From positions 896,001 to 960,000 of the forward strand of contig CAWDXG010000004.1 in NCBI GenBank assembly GCA_963806225.1: DNA of 64,000 nucleotides, in the 5' to 3' direction. Shown in pieces: positions 55,943 to 64,000 of this stretch. A program made the translations under genes and the position numbers. The notes beneath the pieces were generated by a model. The model made no database searches. It saw only the letters and a list, made by a program, of their open reading frames with translations, and was not told the DNA's origin. The DNA comes from an uncultured delta proteobacterium. Its GTDB lineage: Bacteria; Myxococcota_A; Polyangia; Polyangiales; Polyangiaceae. Position 1 is the stretch's first letter. Each line of letters starts with the position of its first letter.

Positions 55943-57583
55943 TCAGCTGACGATGCACACGCTGCCGCCGCGGCGCGGATCCCCGGCGCCGTGAAAAACC
56001 AGGCCGTCGCGCAGGGCCAGATGCACGCCGCCGAAGAACATGTTGGGCGTGTCGAAAATGACCGGCCGATCCGGATAAGCGCCCACCAGCGCGGCAACGC
56101 TGTCCTCGGCCAGCTCGGCGCCGCCAGGTCCGCGACGCTCGAAAGCGATCTGCCGCGGCCAGCGGCCGACAGCGTCGGGGGCCCGGCTGCGCACCGCCTC
56201 GAGATGCACGCGCGGAGCGAGCACGGCGGCGTCGGGCGCCGCGCCGTGCTCGAGCAGATGCGAGATGACGGAGAGGATGGCGTTGCGCAACCGGTTCGAG
56301 CCGCCGCTGCCGAGTGCGATCGTGCGCGCGCTGCCGCCCACGAGCACGCTCGGCGCCATCATGGTGACGAGCCGCGTACCGGGCGCATCGTGGTGGAATC
56401 CGCGCGGGTGGATGTCCTCCTCGCCCATCAGGTTGTTGACGTGGATGCCGGTGCCCTCGAGCACGTGGCCCGAGCCTTCGCCATTGGTCAGCGTCAGCGA
56501 GGCGGCGCCGCCGTGCTCGTCGAGCGCGCTGATGTGTGTGGTCGAGCCGAGCGGGTGGCCGGGCGCCGCGAGCGAGCGGTCGGCGAGGCCGGCGCGCAGC
56601 GCGGCGATGCGTTCGTCGTCGAAAAGCATGGCAAGGAAGCGCGGATCGCGGCAGCGCTCGTCGAAGTTCTCGTCGCGCAGGTCGAGCAGCGCGTCCTCGA
56701 TGCGCGCGAGGCCGAGCACGTGCTCCGGCGACAGGAAGCCCGAGCGCTCGCCAAGCCCTTCCGAGAGCCGCAGGCCGAGGGCCACCAGCGCACCACCCGA
56801 TGACGGCGCCGACATCGTGTAGAGCCGGAAGCCGCCGTGGTCGACCTGGAGCGGTTCGGCGGCGAACACCTCGAGCTCTGCCACGTCACGCTCGGTGATG
56901 CGGCCGCCGGCGGACGGACCGAACTGATCGGCCAGCGCCGCGTACAGCTCGCGGACGTGCCCGGGACGGCGGGCGATGCGCTCGAGCGTGTCGGCCAGCT
57001 CGCGATTGTCGAGCCGCGCGCCGGCCCCGGCGAGCTGGCCGCCGAGCAGGTGCAGCGCCCTGACGCCGGGGCTGGCCGTGACGATCGGTTCGAGCAGATC
57101 GAACACGTAGGCGATGCCCGCGCCGAGCTCGTAGCCGCGCCGCCCGAGATCGACCGCGGGCTCGACGATCGCCGACAGCGGCAGCGAGCCCCAGCGGCGG
57201 TGCGCCTCGAGCAGCCCGGGCAGCGCGGCGGGTAGTGCCGCGCTGCCGCGCCCGATGTGGAAGACCTGCGTCGTCGCTCCGAAGTCGACCTCGACGTCGC
57301 GGAAGTCGAGATCGCCGCGCGGGTCGGCGCCGAGGCCGGGCGTGCGCGCGAAGAAGTCGAGGGCGGCAAGCTCACCCGATCCGTCGCCCGCGACCATCAC
57401 TCCGCCGCCGAAGGGACTGGCGAGCGGCAGCTCGCACACGAATGCCGCGAACGCCGCGCCAAGCGCCGCATCGATCGCGTTGCCGCCGGCCCGCAGACAC
57501 GCGGCTCCACTTTCGGCCGTAGCGGGATCGCCGGCCGCCACGACGCCGCGCGTGGGGGGCCGAAGCGCTCCTCGTTGGGTCAT
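55943..57583 (-). CDS. ggt: Gamma-glutamyltransferase family protein
   Basis: 'GGNAIDAA', 'GGG.M', nucleophile 'TTHISALD', 'NNLMG', 'GSGGS' and 'GDPRRGG'. Confidence 0.88.
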   Translation of the reverse strand: MTQRGALRPPTRGVVAAGDPATAESGAACLRAGGNAIDAALGAAFAAFVCELPLASPFGGGVMVAGDGSGELAALDFFARTPGLGADPRGDLDFRDVEVDFGATTQVFHIGRGSAALPAALPGLLEAHRRWGSLPLSAIVEPAVDLGRRGYELGAGIAYVFDLLEPIVTASPGVRALHLLGGQLAGAGARLDNRELADTLERIARRPGHVRELYAALADQFGPSAGGRITERDVAELEVFAAEPLQVDHGGFRLYTMSAPSSGGALVALGLRLSEGLGERSGFLSPEHVLGLARIEDALLDLRDENFDERCRDPRFLAMLFDDERIAALRAGLADRSLAAPGHPLGSTTHISALDEHGGAASLTLTNGEGSGHVLEGTGIHVNNLMGEEDIHPRGFHHDAPGTRLVTMMAPSVLVGGSARTIALGSGGSNRLRNAILSVISHLLEHGAAPDAAVLAPRVHLEAVRSRAPDAVGRWPRQIAFERRGPGGAELAEDSVAALVGAYPDRPVIFDTPNMFFGGVHLALRDGLVFHGAGDPRRGGSVCIVS

Positions 57584-57676
57584 CGGGCGGAGGATAGCCG
57601 GACGGCGGTACCATTTCACTTCGTACCGGCACCGCCCCGGTTGCGCTGCCCGGCCTTGCGATCTATTCGCCCCGGG

Positions 57677-59242
57677 ATGCGAAGCCGGAGCCTGGGTGCA
57701 CTTCTGGCCGCTGCCGCGCTTGTGCTCGCGGCGCCGCCGTTGCCGGCCCAGCCCGGCTCTCCGTCCGCCCGGGCGCCCTCTGCCGTGCGGCTGGCGCTGG
57801 GACGGATGCGGCTCGCAATCGAGCGGAGCACCCTGGACAACGGGCTCAGCGTGGTGCTGGACCGCGACGCGAGTGCGCCAACGGTGACGGTCGGCGTACT
57901 CTACCGTTGCGGCGCGCGCGACGAGCCGGCCGGACAGAGCGGCATCGCGCATCTGCTGGAGGAGATGAGCTTCGAAGGCGGAGAGCACCTCCGGCCCGGC
58001 CAGCTCTCGCGGCTGATCGCCCAGCGCGGCGGGCAGAGCTCCGCCTCCGTCGATCACGACCGCACGCTGTTTCTCGACGAGCTGCCCGCGAACGAGCTCT
58101 CGCTCGGTCTATGGCTGGAATTTCAGCGGATGCGTTGGGCCACCCTGCCGGCGTCGCGCCTGCCCACGGTGCGGCGCGCCGCCGAAGCCGACGCGCGTCG
58201 CGTGCTCGAGGCGCCGCTTGCGCACGCGAAGCTCCGGCTCGGGGAGCTCGCGTTCCAGGGGCTCAGGCCCTACTCGCGACCCGCACTGGGCGTGCCGGAC
58301 GAGATCGCGCACGCCAGCGCCCGGCAGATCAAGGCGCTGTACCGGAGCTGCTACAGGCCGGAGAACGCCGTGCTGGTCGTCGCCGGCTCGTTCGACCCGG
58401 AGCACGCCATGCAGCTGGTGCACCGTCACTTCGACGCGATTGTCCGGCACAAGCACGCACCGAAGCCACGGCCGCTCTCCGCACCGCACCAGACGAGCGA
58501 GCGGGTCAGCGTGCTCGACAGCCAGCGCGCGGAGAGCGCCGCGCTGTTCAACGCATGGGTGATTCCGCCGCCGCACACTGCCGGGCACGACGCGCTGGCG
58601 TTGCTGGCCCGGGTGCTGGGCGACGGCGAGAGCTCGCGGCTGTACGACTCGCTGGTGCGGGTCCACGGGCTGGCGCGGGATGTCTCGGCGTGGACCGCCG
58701 GGCGGCACGGACCGGATCTGCTCGGCATCCGCGTGCTGCTCGCCGACGGCGCGGATCCGGACCGGGTCCAGAAGCTCGTCGATGCGGAGCTCGCGCGGCT
58801 GCGCCGGCACGGGCCGAGCGCCGCCGAGCTGGAGAAGGCCCGCGCGCTCGAGCGCACGGAATTCCTGCTGGGGCTGCAGTCGAACCGAAAGCGCGCTGCC
58901 CGGCTTGCAGAAGCCGAGGCGTTCGACGGGGACGCGCGGTCGATCGCGAACGGGCTGGACGGGTGCGAGTCGGTGACGACCTCTGCGATCGCGAGCGCGG
59001 CGGCGAAGTATCTCACCGCGCGCCACCGCACGGTCGTGGAGCTCCAGGGGCCGCCTCCTCCCGAAGCGAAGCACCACCACACGGCGAAGCACCACCACAC
59101 GGCGAAGCACCACCACACGGCGAAGCACCACCACACGGCGAAGCACCACCACACGGCGAAGCACCACCACACGGCGAAGCATCACCACACGGCGAAGCAT
59201 CACCACACGGCGAAGCATCACGCCAAGAAGGCGGTCCATTGA
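57677..59242 (+). CDS. M16 (insulinase) family peptidase-like subunit with degenerate Zn motif and His-rich tail
   Basis: Signal peptide, 'TLDNGL', 'G.RDE..G.SG.AHLLEEM', 'YRPENAVLVVAG' and 'G.GESSRLY'; ends in (AKHHHT)x8. Confidence 0.88.
   Translation: MRSRSLGALLAAAALVLAAPPLPAQPGSPSARAPSAVRLALGRMRLAIERSTLDNGLSVVLDRDASAPTVTVGVLYRCGARDEPAGQSGIAHLLEEMSFEGGEHLRPGQLSRLIAQRGGQSSASVDHDRTLFLDELPANELSLGLWLEFQRMRWATLPASRLPTVRRAAEADARRVLEAPLAHAKLRLGELAFQGLRPYSRPALGVPDEIAHASARQIKALYRSCYRPENAVLVVAGSFDPEHAMQLVHRHFDAIVRHKHAPKPRPLSAPHQTSERVSVLDSQRAESAALFNAWVIPPPHTAGHDALALLARVLGDGESSRLYDSLVRVHGLARDVSAWTAGRHGPDLLGIRVLLADGADPDRVQKLVDAELARLRRHGPSAAELEKARALERTEFLLGLQSNRKRAARLAEAEAFDGDARSIANGLDGCESVTTSAIASAAAKYLTARHRTVVELQGPPPPEAKHHHTAKHHHTAKHHHTAKHHHTAKHHHTAKHHHTAKHHHTAKHHHTAKHHAKKAVH
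59066..59221 (+). repeat. 18-bp coding tandem repeat (AKHHHT), 8 full copies plus a partial copy
   Basis: gcgaagca(c/t)caccacacg repeated in frame. Confidence 0.95.
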
Positions 59243-60837
59243 CGCACTGGCCGCTCTTCGCCCTGGTCACGGCAGGCCTGTTACTGCCCGCGGGTTGCCG
59301 GCCGCGCTACGTCGAGCCGCCGCCTCAATCGGGTCCAGAGTCGCCGCGCGCGGCAAAGCACAGCGCCGCCAGCGGCGTCCCCGGAGTGTCCTCGGCCAAG
59401 GCCCCCGACCTTGACGCGCATCCGCCGGCCGAGGCTCCGCTGGGTGACGCGACCCTGCCGGCCGTCTCGAGCCGCACCCTGCCGAACGGGCTCGGTCTGC
59501 GCGTCATGCCACGCCGCACACTGCCGCTCGTCAGCGTGCGGCTGGTGGTACGCGCCGGGCGCGCCCGCGACGGCGCGAAGCCCGGAGTGGCGCAGCTCAC
59601 CGCGCAGCTGCTCGCCGCCAGCGGCGCGGGTCGCTGGACGCGGCGCAAGCTTGCCGCGCGCATCGAGTCGCTGGGTGGGCGACTCGGCGTGGGCACGGAT
59701 CGCGACGCGACCTGGCTCGGTCTGGACGTCACGCGGGACCATCTCGACAGCGCGCTCGATCTGATCGCGGCACTCGCAACACAGCCGCGCTTCTTGCCGG
59801 CCACGTTCCAGCGAGTGAAGCAGCGAGCCCAGGACGCCGTGCGGGCACGCCGGGCGGCGCATCCCGGCGACTCCATGCAGCAGGCGCTCGTGCGCAGGCT
59901 GTTCGAGCTGCCGGTCGGCGTGAGCCCCTACGCGCACGGCCGCGCCAGCGCAGACGAGCTCGGAGCGCTGTCGCTCGCGGACTGCCGGCGCTGGTACCAC
60001 GCGGAGTTCGTGCCCGGAAACGCAGTGCTGGTGGTCGCCGGCGATGTCGGCAGCGACGACGTGGCGCGTTCGGCCGGAGCCGCCTTCGCGCGCTGGAAGG
60101 GCCATCCCGTCAGCGCGCCGACACCCACCGCCGCACTGCCGCCCGATCGCGTCGAGGTCGACGTGATCGATCGCCCGGCAAGCCGTCACAGCGACATCGT
60201 GGTCGGAACGCTGGGCCCCGACCGGGACAGCTCGCGCTGGGCGGCACTGCTCGGCGCGGTCGAGCTCCTGGGCGGGGAGTCGGGACGACTTTCGCACGGT
60301 CTTTCCGGTCGGCGGCATCTCGCAACGCAGGTCAGCGCACGCGTGGAGCCGATGGCGCACGGTCCCGCGCTGGTCGTGTTGTCTGCCCGCAGCACCACGC
60401 CCCACACGGCGCAGGCGGTGCAGGGCATCCTCGATGCAATGGGAAAGCTGGCCGGCGCGCTGCCGGAGGACGCGGAAACGGAAACAGCGCTGCGCGCGAT
60501 CGTGGAGCGCGGCGCACGGCGGGCGGAGACCGTGCAGGGGCTGGCGCGGATGGGGACACGGCTCGCCGGGCTCGGCTTGCCGGACGACGCCTACGCGGAG
60601 CTCGACCGCGCGCTCCGCGATCTCGATCCGCGATCCGTCAACGCCGCGGCGCAGCTGTTCCTTCGCAAGCGGCACGTGCGGGTCGTGGTGAGCGGCGACG
60701 CCAAGCGCATCGCGCACGCGCTCGCGCACTTCGGGCCGGTGCACCTGGTGAATCCGGCGCACGACTACACGGTGATCCGCTCGCTGCCCGCGGACCCGGC
60801 GGCGCCGCTGGTCATCCCCGCCGGGAAGACGAAGTGA
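59239..60837 (+). CDS. M16 family non-catalytic partner subunit, lipoprotein
   Basis: TTG start overlapping the upstream stop; lipobox 'PAGC', 'TLPNGL', 'LPLV', 'GVAQLTAQLL' (no HxxEH) and 'PGNAVLVVAGD'. Confidence 0.85.
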   Translation: MTHWPLFALVTAGLLLPAGCRPRYVEPPPQSGPESPRAAKHSAASGVPGVSSAKAPDLDAHPPAEAPLGDATLPAVSSRTLPNGLGLRVMPRRTLPLVSVRLVVRAGRARDGAKPGVAQLTAQLLAASGAGRWTRRKLAARIESLGGRLGVGTDRDATWLGLDVTRDHLDSALDLIAALATQPRFLPATFQRVKQRAQDAVRARRAAHPGDSMQQALVRRLFELPVGVSPYAHGRASADELGALSLADCRRWYHAEFVPGNAVLVVAGDVGSDDVARSAGAAFARWKGHPVSAPTPTAALPPDRVEVDVIDRPASRHSDIVVGTLGPDRDSSRWAALLGAVELLGGESGRLSHGLSGRRHLATQVSARVEPMAHGPALVVLSARSTTPHTAQAVQGILDAMGKLAGALPEDAETETALRAIVERGARRAETVQGLARMGTRLAGLGLPDDAYAELDRALRDLDPRSVNAAAQLFLRKRHVRVVVSGDAKRIAHALAHFGPVHLVNPAHDYTVIRSLPADPAAPLVIPAGKTK

Positions 60838-61811
60838 GCCGCCGCATCGTAGTGACCAGCCCCCTGCCGGGCGGAGCGCTCGAGCTTCTCCGCACTCGCC
60901 ACGACGTGGACCTGCTCGGCGGCGAGGCGGCACCGAACGCCCACGAGCTGCACTCGGCGATGCGCGACGCGGACGCGCTCCTGTGCATGCTGACCGATCC
61001 GGTGCCGCGTGAGGCGATCGCCGCGGCCCGCCGCCTGCAGGTGATCGGCAACTGCGCGGTCGGCTACGACAACATCGACGTGGCCGCAGCAACGGAGCAC
61101 GGCGTGCAGGTCGTCAACACGCCGAACGTGCTCACCGACGCGACGGCAGACCTGGCCTGGGCCCTTCTGCTGGCCGCGGCGCGTCGCATCGCCGAAGCGG
61201 ATCGTTTCGTGCGGGCCGGTCGTTTCCACGGCTGGCGGCTCGATCTGCTTCTGGGCCGTCCGCTCCGGGGTCGCACACTGGGCATCGCCGGCATGGGACG
61301 CATCGGCAGTGCGATCGCCGAGCGCGCTCGCGGTTTTGGTCTCGCGGTGCTCTACACGCAGCGCCATCGACTCGACGCCGCCGCAGAAACGCGGCTCGGC
61401 GCGCGCTATGTGGGCAAGGCGGAACTGCTCGCGCAGAGCGACTTCCTGTCGCTCTGCCTGCCAGGCGGACCGGCGACCCGGCGCTGGCTCGATCGCGACG
61501 CGATTTCCGCGCTCCGGCCGGGCGCCGTGGTGGTCAATACCGGACGCGGAAGCACCCTCGACGAGGCGGCGCTGGCGGATGCACTCGAACGCGGCCACAT
61601 CGCGGCTGCGGGGCTCGATGTGTTCGAGCGGGAACCCGTTGTGGAGCCGCGCCTGCTGGCGCTCGACAACGTCGTGCTCGCGCCGCACATCGGCAGCGCT
61701 ACGGACGAGACCCGGAGCGCCATGGCCCGGGCCGTGGCCGAGGACATCCTGCGCGTGCTGGCGGGCGAGGCGCCGCACAATCCGGTCAACTCCCCTGCCC
61801 GCTCAGCTTGA
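60834..61811 (+). CDS. D-2-hydroxyacid dehydrogenase (glyoxylate/hydroxypyruvate reductase-like)
   Basis: 'AVGYDNID', 'NTPNVLTDATADL', 'GIAGMGRIG', 'NTGRG', 'AGLDVFE.EP' and 'PHIGSA'. Confidence 0.93.
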   Translation: MSRRIVVTSPLPGGALELLRTRHDVDLLGGEAAPNAHELHSAMRDADALLCMLTDPVPREAIAAARRLQVIGNCAVGYDNIDVAAATEHGVQVVNTPNVLTDATADLAWALLLAAARRIAEADRFVRAGRFHGWRLDLLLGRPLRGRTLGIAGMGRIGSAIAERARGFGLAVLYTQRHRLDAAAETRLGARYVGKAELLAQSDFLSLCLPGGPATRRWLDRDAISALRPGAVVVNTGRGSTLDEAALADALERGHIAAAGLDVFEREPVVEPRLLALDNVVLAPHIGSATDETRSAMARAVAEDILRVLAGEAPHNPVNSPARSA

Positions 61812-62381
61812 GCCCGACCGTCGCCGCGGACGCCCCGTGGCGAGCCAGCACAAGAGCTGCCCGAGCGCGCACACCAGCGCGACCAGAACGAGCGCCGCCG
61901 CAACGAAGCCGGCGTAGGTTCCCCCCAGGAAATGCCAGCCCTGGGGGACCGCGTGGACCACGTTCACGTTGAACCGCGGCGGCAGCAGGAGTCGCGAGAG
62001 GGCCAGCGTCGCGGCCAGCGTGCCGAGCGCCGCGAGCCAGCCGCGCGGGGCGAAACCCGAACGCCACACGCCGTACAGCGCGGCCAGCATGCCGCCAACG
62101 TGCACGCCCCACGATGTCGGCAGGATGTTCGCCCCCGCCACGAGACTGTCGAGCAGCCACACGACGGTTCCCGGCATGAGCCACGTGAAAGCGACCGCAC
62201 ACAGCGTCGGCGAGCGCAGGATGACCCCCGGCGCCACCAGCACCGCCGACACGTTGCACACCCAGAAGATGTCGTACCAGCGCCCCGCCGAAAGGTGCGC
62301 CGCGTCGTGGAGCAGGATGGCGACGAACGCGAAGCCAGCGACCGCGAAGTCGAGGTAGCGCAGGCGCGTCCAGGTGCTCAC
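61803..62381 (-). CDS. Hypothetical membrane protein
   Basis: 192 aa with ~6 hydrophobic segments; 'FWVCN' and 'NVNVVH'. Confidence 0.65.
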   Translation of the reverse strand: MSTWTRLRYLDFAVAGFAFVAILLHDAAHLSAGRWYDIFWVCNVSAVLVAPGVILRSPTLCAVAFTWLMPGTVVWLLDSLVAGANILPTSWGVHVGGMLAALYGVWRSGFAPRGWLAALGTLAATLALSRLLLPPRFNVNVVHAVPQGWHFLGGTYAGFVAAALVLVALVCALGQLLCWLATGRPRRRSGSS

Positions 62382-62554
62382 CGGCGGAGACTGTACGTCG
62401 TCCCGGGGACAGAACCGGCTGCCAGGACGCGGGAGGCCTGTGGAAACCCTGGGGCAGGGTTGGGGCGAGCCTGCGGGCTACTTGTGTTCAGGGTTCTGGA
62501 AGTTCAGCAGTGCGCAGACGACTAGCAGAGGAAAATCCAGCCGGTCCGCGCTCT

Positions 62555-62601
62555 TACCTATTCCTAGTGGTTTTTTGTTGCCTGACCCCAATGGGTTGGG
62601 G
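62555..62601 (+). promoter_or_regulatory. Tandem NrdR boxes
   Basis: tacCTATtccTAGtgg (62555-62570) and cccCAATgggTTGggg (62586-62601) fit the CwAt---TwG core. They are 31 bp apart and lie upstream of a ribonucleotide reductase. Confidence 0.75.
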
Positions 62602-62715
62602 TACACCGGCTGCTCACTGAATGTTCTTCTCCTGCGCGCGTATCCAGTAGCCGGCCGCCTGTTCAGCGGTTCTGCTGGAGAGACTTACTGAACAGCTTTG
62701 CAGCTTAGGGGGCGC

Positions 62716-62795
62716 CGGTCAGTCCGGCGGACAGCACGACCCCACAGCCACCTCCCAAGAGGTGCTGGGGGCCGGACGGGACGTTTTTTTGTTTT
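62716..62795 (+). terminator. Intrinsic-terminator-like hairpin plus U-tract inside the nrdJ leader
   Basis: gtccgg (62722) pairs with ccggac (62772), enclosing cacctc/gaggtg (62749/62759), followed by tttttttgtttt (62784-62795). Confidence 0.5.
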
Positions 62796-62866
62796 GTGTC
62801 CTGGGCGGACGGGTGCCGCGCAGCGGCACGTAGTGCGGGCACGGAGCCCGAGCAAGGAGCAGAGGG

Positions 62867-64000
62867 ATGGCGCAATCGTCGATCGTAGGGCAGGCAGGCA
62901 GCGTGAAGGGCACCACCGACGAGCCGCCGCGCAGCAAGCGCACCGAGCCGGAATCCCGACGCTCCTCGCGCGGCCGCCGCGCACGCGGCCTCGCCTTCGA
63001 ACGCCGCTACACCCGCCCCGGCGCCGATCCGATGGATCAGGTGGTGTGGGAGCGGCGCGAGAGCGTGATCACCAATCCCGACGGGTCGGTCGTGTTCCGG
63101 ATGGAGGGCGCCGAGATCCCCGCCGCCTGGTCGCAGCTGGCCACCGACATCGTCGTGTCAGCAAGTACTTCCGCAAGGCGGGGCTGCACGGCGACAAGGC
63201 GCAGGGCGAAACCAGCGTGCGCCAGGTCGTGCATCGCGTTGCCCACACCATCCGCGACGCGGGCGAGGACTTCGGCGGCTACTTCGCGACGCAAGAAGGA
63301 CGCGGACACCTTCGAGGCGGAGCTGACGTTCCTGCTCGTCAACCAGTACGGCGCGTTCAACTCGCCGGTGTGGTTCAACTGCGGGCTCTACCACGAGTAC
63401 GGCATCGAGGGCTCCGGCGGGAACTGGGCGTGGAACCCCGAGCCCGACGCGGTCGACGAGACGACGAACGCCTACGAGCACCCGCAGTGCTCGGCTTGCT
63501 TCATCCAGGGCGTCGAGGACGACCTGATGAGCATCTACGACCTGATGAAGAGCGAGGCGCGGCTGTTCAAGTACGGCTCGGGCACGGGCTCGAACTTCAG
63601 CAACATCCGCGGCAAGCAGGAGAAGCTCTCCGGCGGCGGCACGTCCAGCGGCCTGATGAGCTTCCTCGAGGTGTTCGACCGCGCCGCGGGCTCGACCAAG
63701 AGCGGCGGCACCACGCGTCGCGCCGCCAAGATGGTCTGCCTCGACATGGATCACCCGGAGATCGCGGACTTCATCAACTGGAAGGTGCGCGAGGAGAAGA
63801 AGGCGCAGGCGCTCATCGCTGCCGGCTTCGAGAGCGATTTCAACGGCGAGGCGTACCGCACCGTCAGCGGGCAGAACTCCAACAACTCGATCCGCGTCAC
63901 CGACGAGTTCATGAAGGCGGCGCTGCTCGGCGGCAAGTGGCAGACGCGCGCCCGCACCACGGGCGAGGTGGTCGACACCTACGACGCCGCCGACCTGTGG
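62867..64000 (+). CDS. nrdJ: Class II (B12-dependent) ribonucleotide reductase, 3'-truncated, with frameshifts
   Basis: 'WSQLATDIV.SKYFRKAG', 'AFNSPVWFNCG', 'PQCSACFI', 'LFKYGSGTGSNFS', 'KSGGTTRRAAKM' and 'TVSGQNSNNSIRV', read directly from the sequence (absent from the ORF track). Confidence 0.95.
   Translation, partial: MAQSSIVGQAGSVKGTTDEPPRSKRTEPESRRSSRGRRARGLAFERRYTRPGADPMDQVVWERRESVITNPDGSVVFRMEGAEIPAAWSQLATDIVVSASTSARRGCTATRRRAKPACARSCIALPTPSATRARTSAATSRRKKDADTFEAELTFLLVNQYGAFNSPVWFNCGLYHEYGIEGSGGNWAWNPEPDAVDETTNAYEHPQCSACFIQGVEDDLMSIYDLMKSEARLFKYGSGTGSNFSNIRGKQEKLSGGGTSSGLMSFLEVFDRAAGSTKSGGTTRRAAKMVCLDMDHPEIADFINWKVREEKKAQALIAAGFESDFNGEAYRTVSGQNSNNSIRVTDEFMKAALLGGKWQTRARTTGEVVDTYDAADLW

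Noticed and set aside
57907..60837. 976-aa ORF with GEAPPH repeats
   Set aside because: Off-frame read of the first M16 gene running into the second; the real second gene starts at TTG 59239.
62670..62700. Glycine or cobalamin riboswitch (ctggagaga)
   Set aside because: The downstream glycine-aptamer elements (CCGAAG, CTCTCAGG) and the cobalamin B12-box/GGGAA elements are not present.

Overview
A very GC-rich (roughly 70% by eye) chromosomal window, most likely from a myxobacterium of the Polyangium/Sorangium type. That assignment is an inference from the paralogous Ser/Thr kinases, PEGA proteins and Cys-rich lipoproteins. I saw no rRNA, tRNA, transposase, integrase or cas genes. Gene content in order: panB-panC-tmk; a ~16 kb MoxR/DUF58/VWA/ABC cluster interrupted by a histone-H1-like gene; an orphan oppD/oppF pair; a CDF transporter; a fatty-acid desaturase; two paralogous kinase/PEGA/Cys-rich-lipoprotein modules; plsB-mepA-orphan DNA methyltransferase; zwf-opcA; scoAB; a split DUF350/spermidine-synthase-like/flavin oxidoreductase cluster; GGT; an M16 peptidase pair with a degenerate Zn motif and a poly-(AKHHHT) tail; and the start of nrdJ. 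Many genes carry small frameshifting indels that look like long-read sequencing errors. The most unusual signals are: (1) a 1.1 kb array of ~22 51-bp hairpin units with two linker types at 45.96-47.09 kb, with a degenerate relative at 1.18-1.35 kb; (2) the duplicated kinase-PEGA-Cys-rich lipoprotein module with conserved C-terminal motifs; (3) a possible 5.4 kb inversion ending at an AT-rich perfect palindrome; (4) a structured, terminator-containing leader between tandem NrdR boxes and nrdJ.
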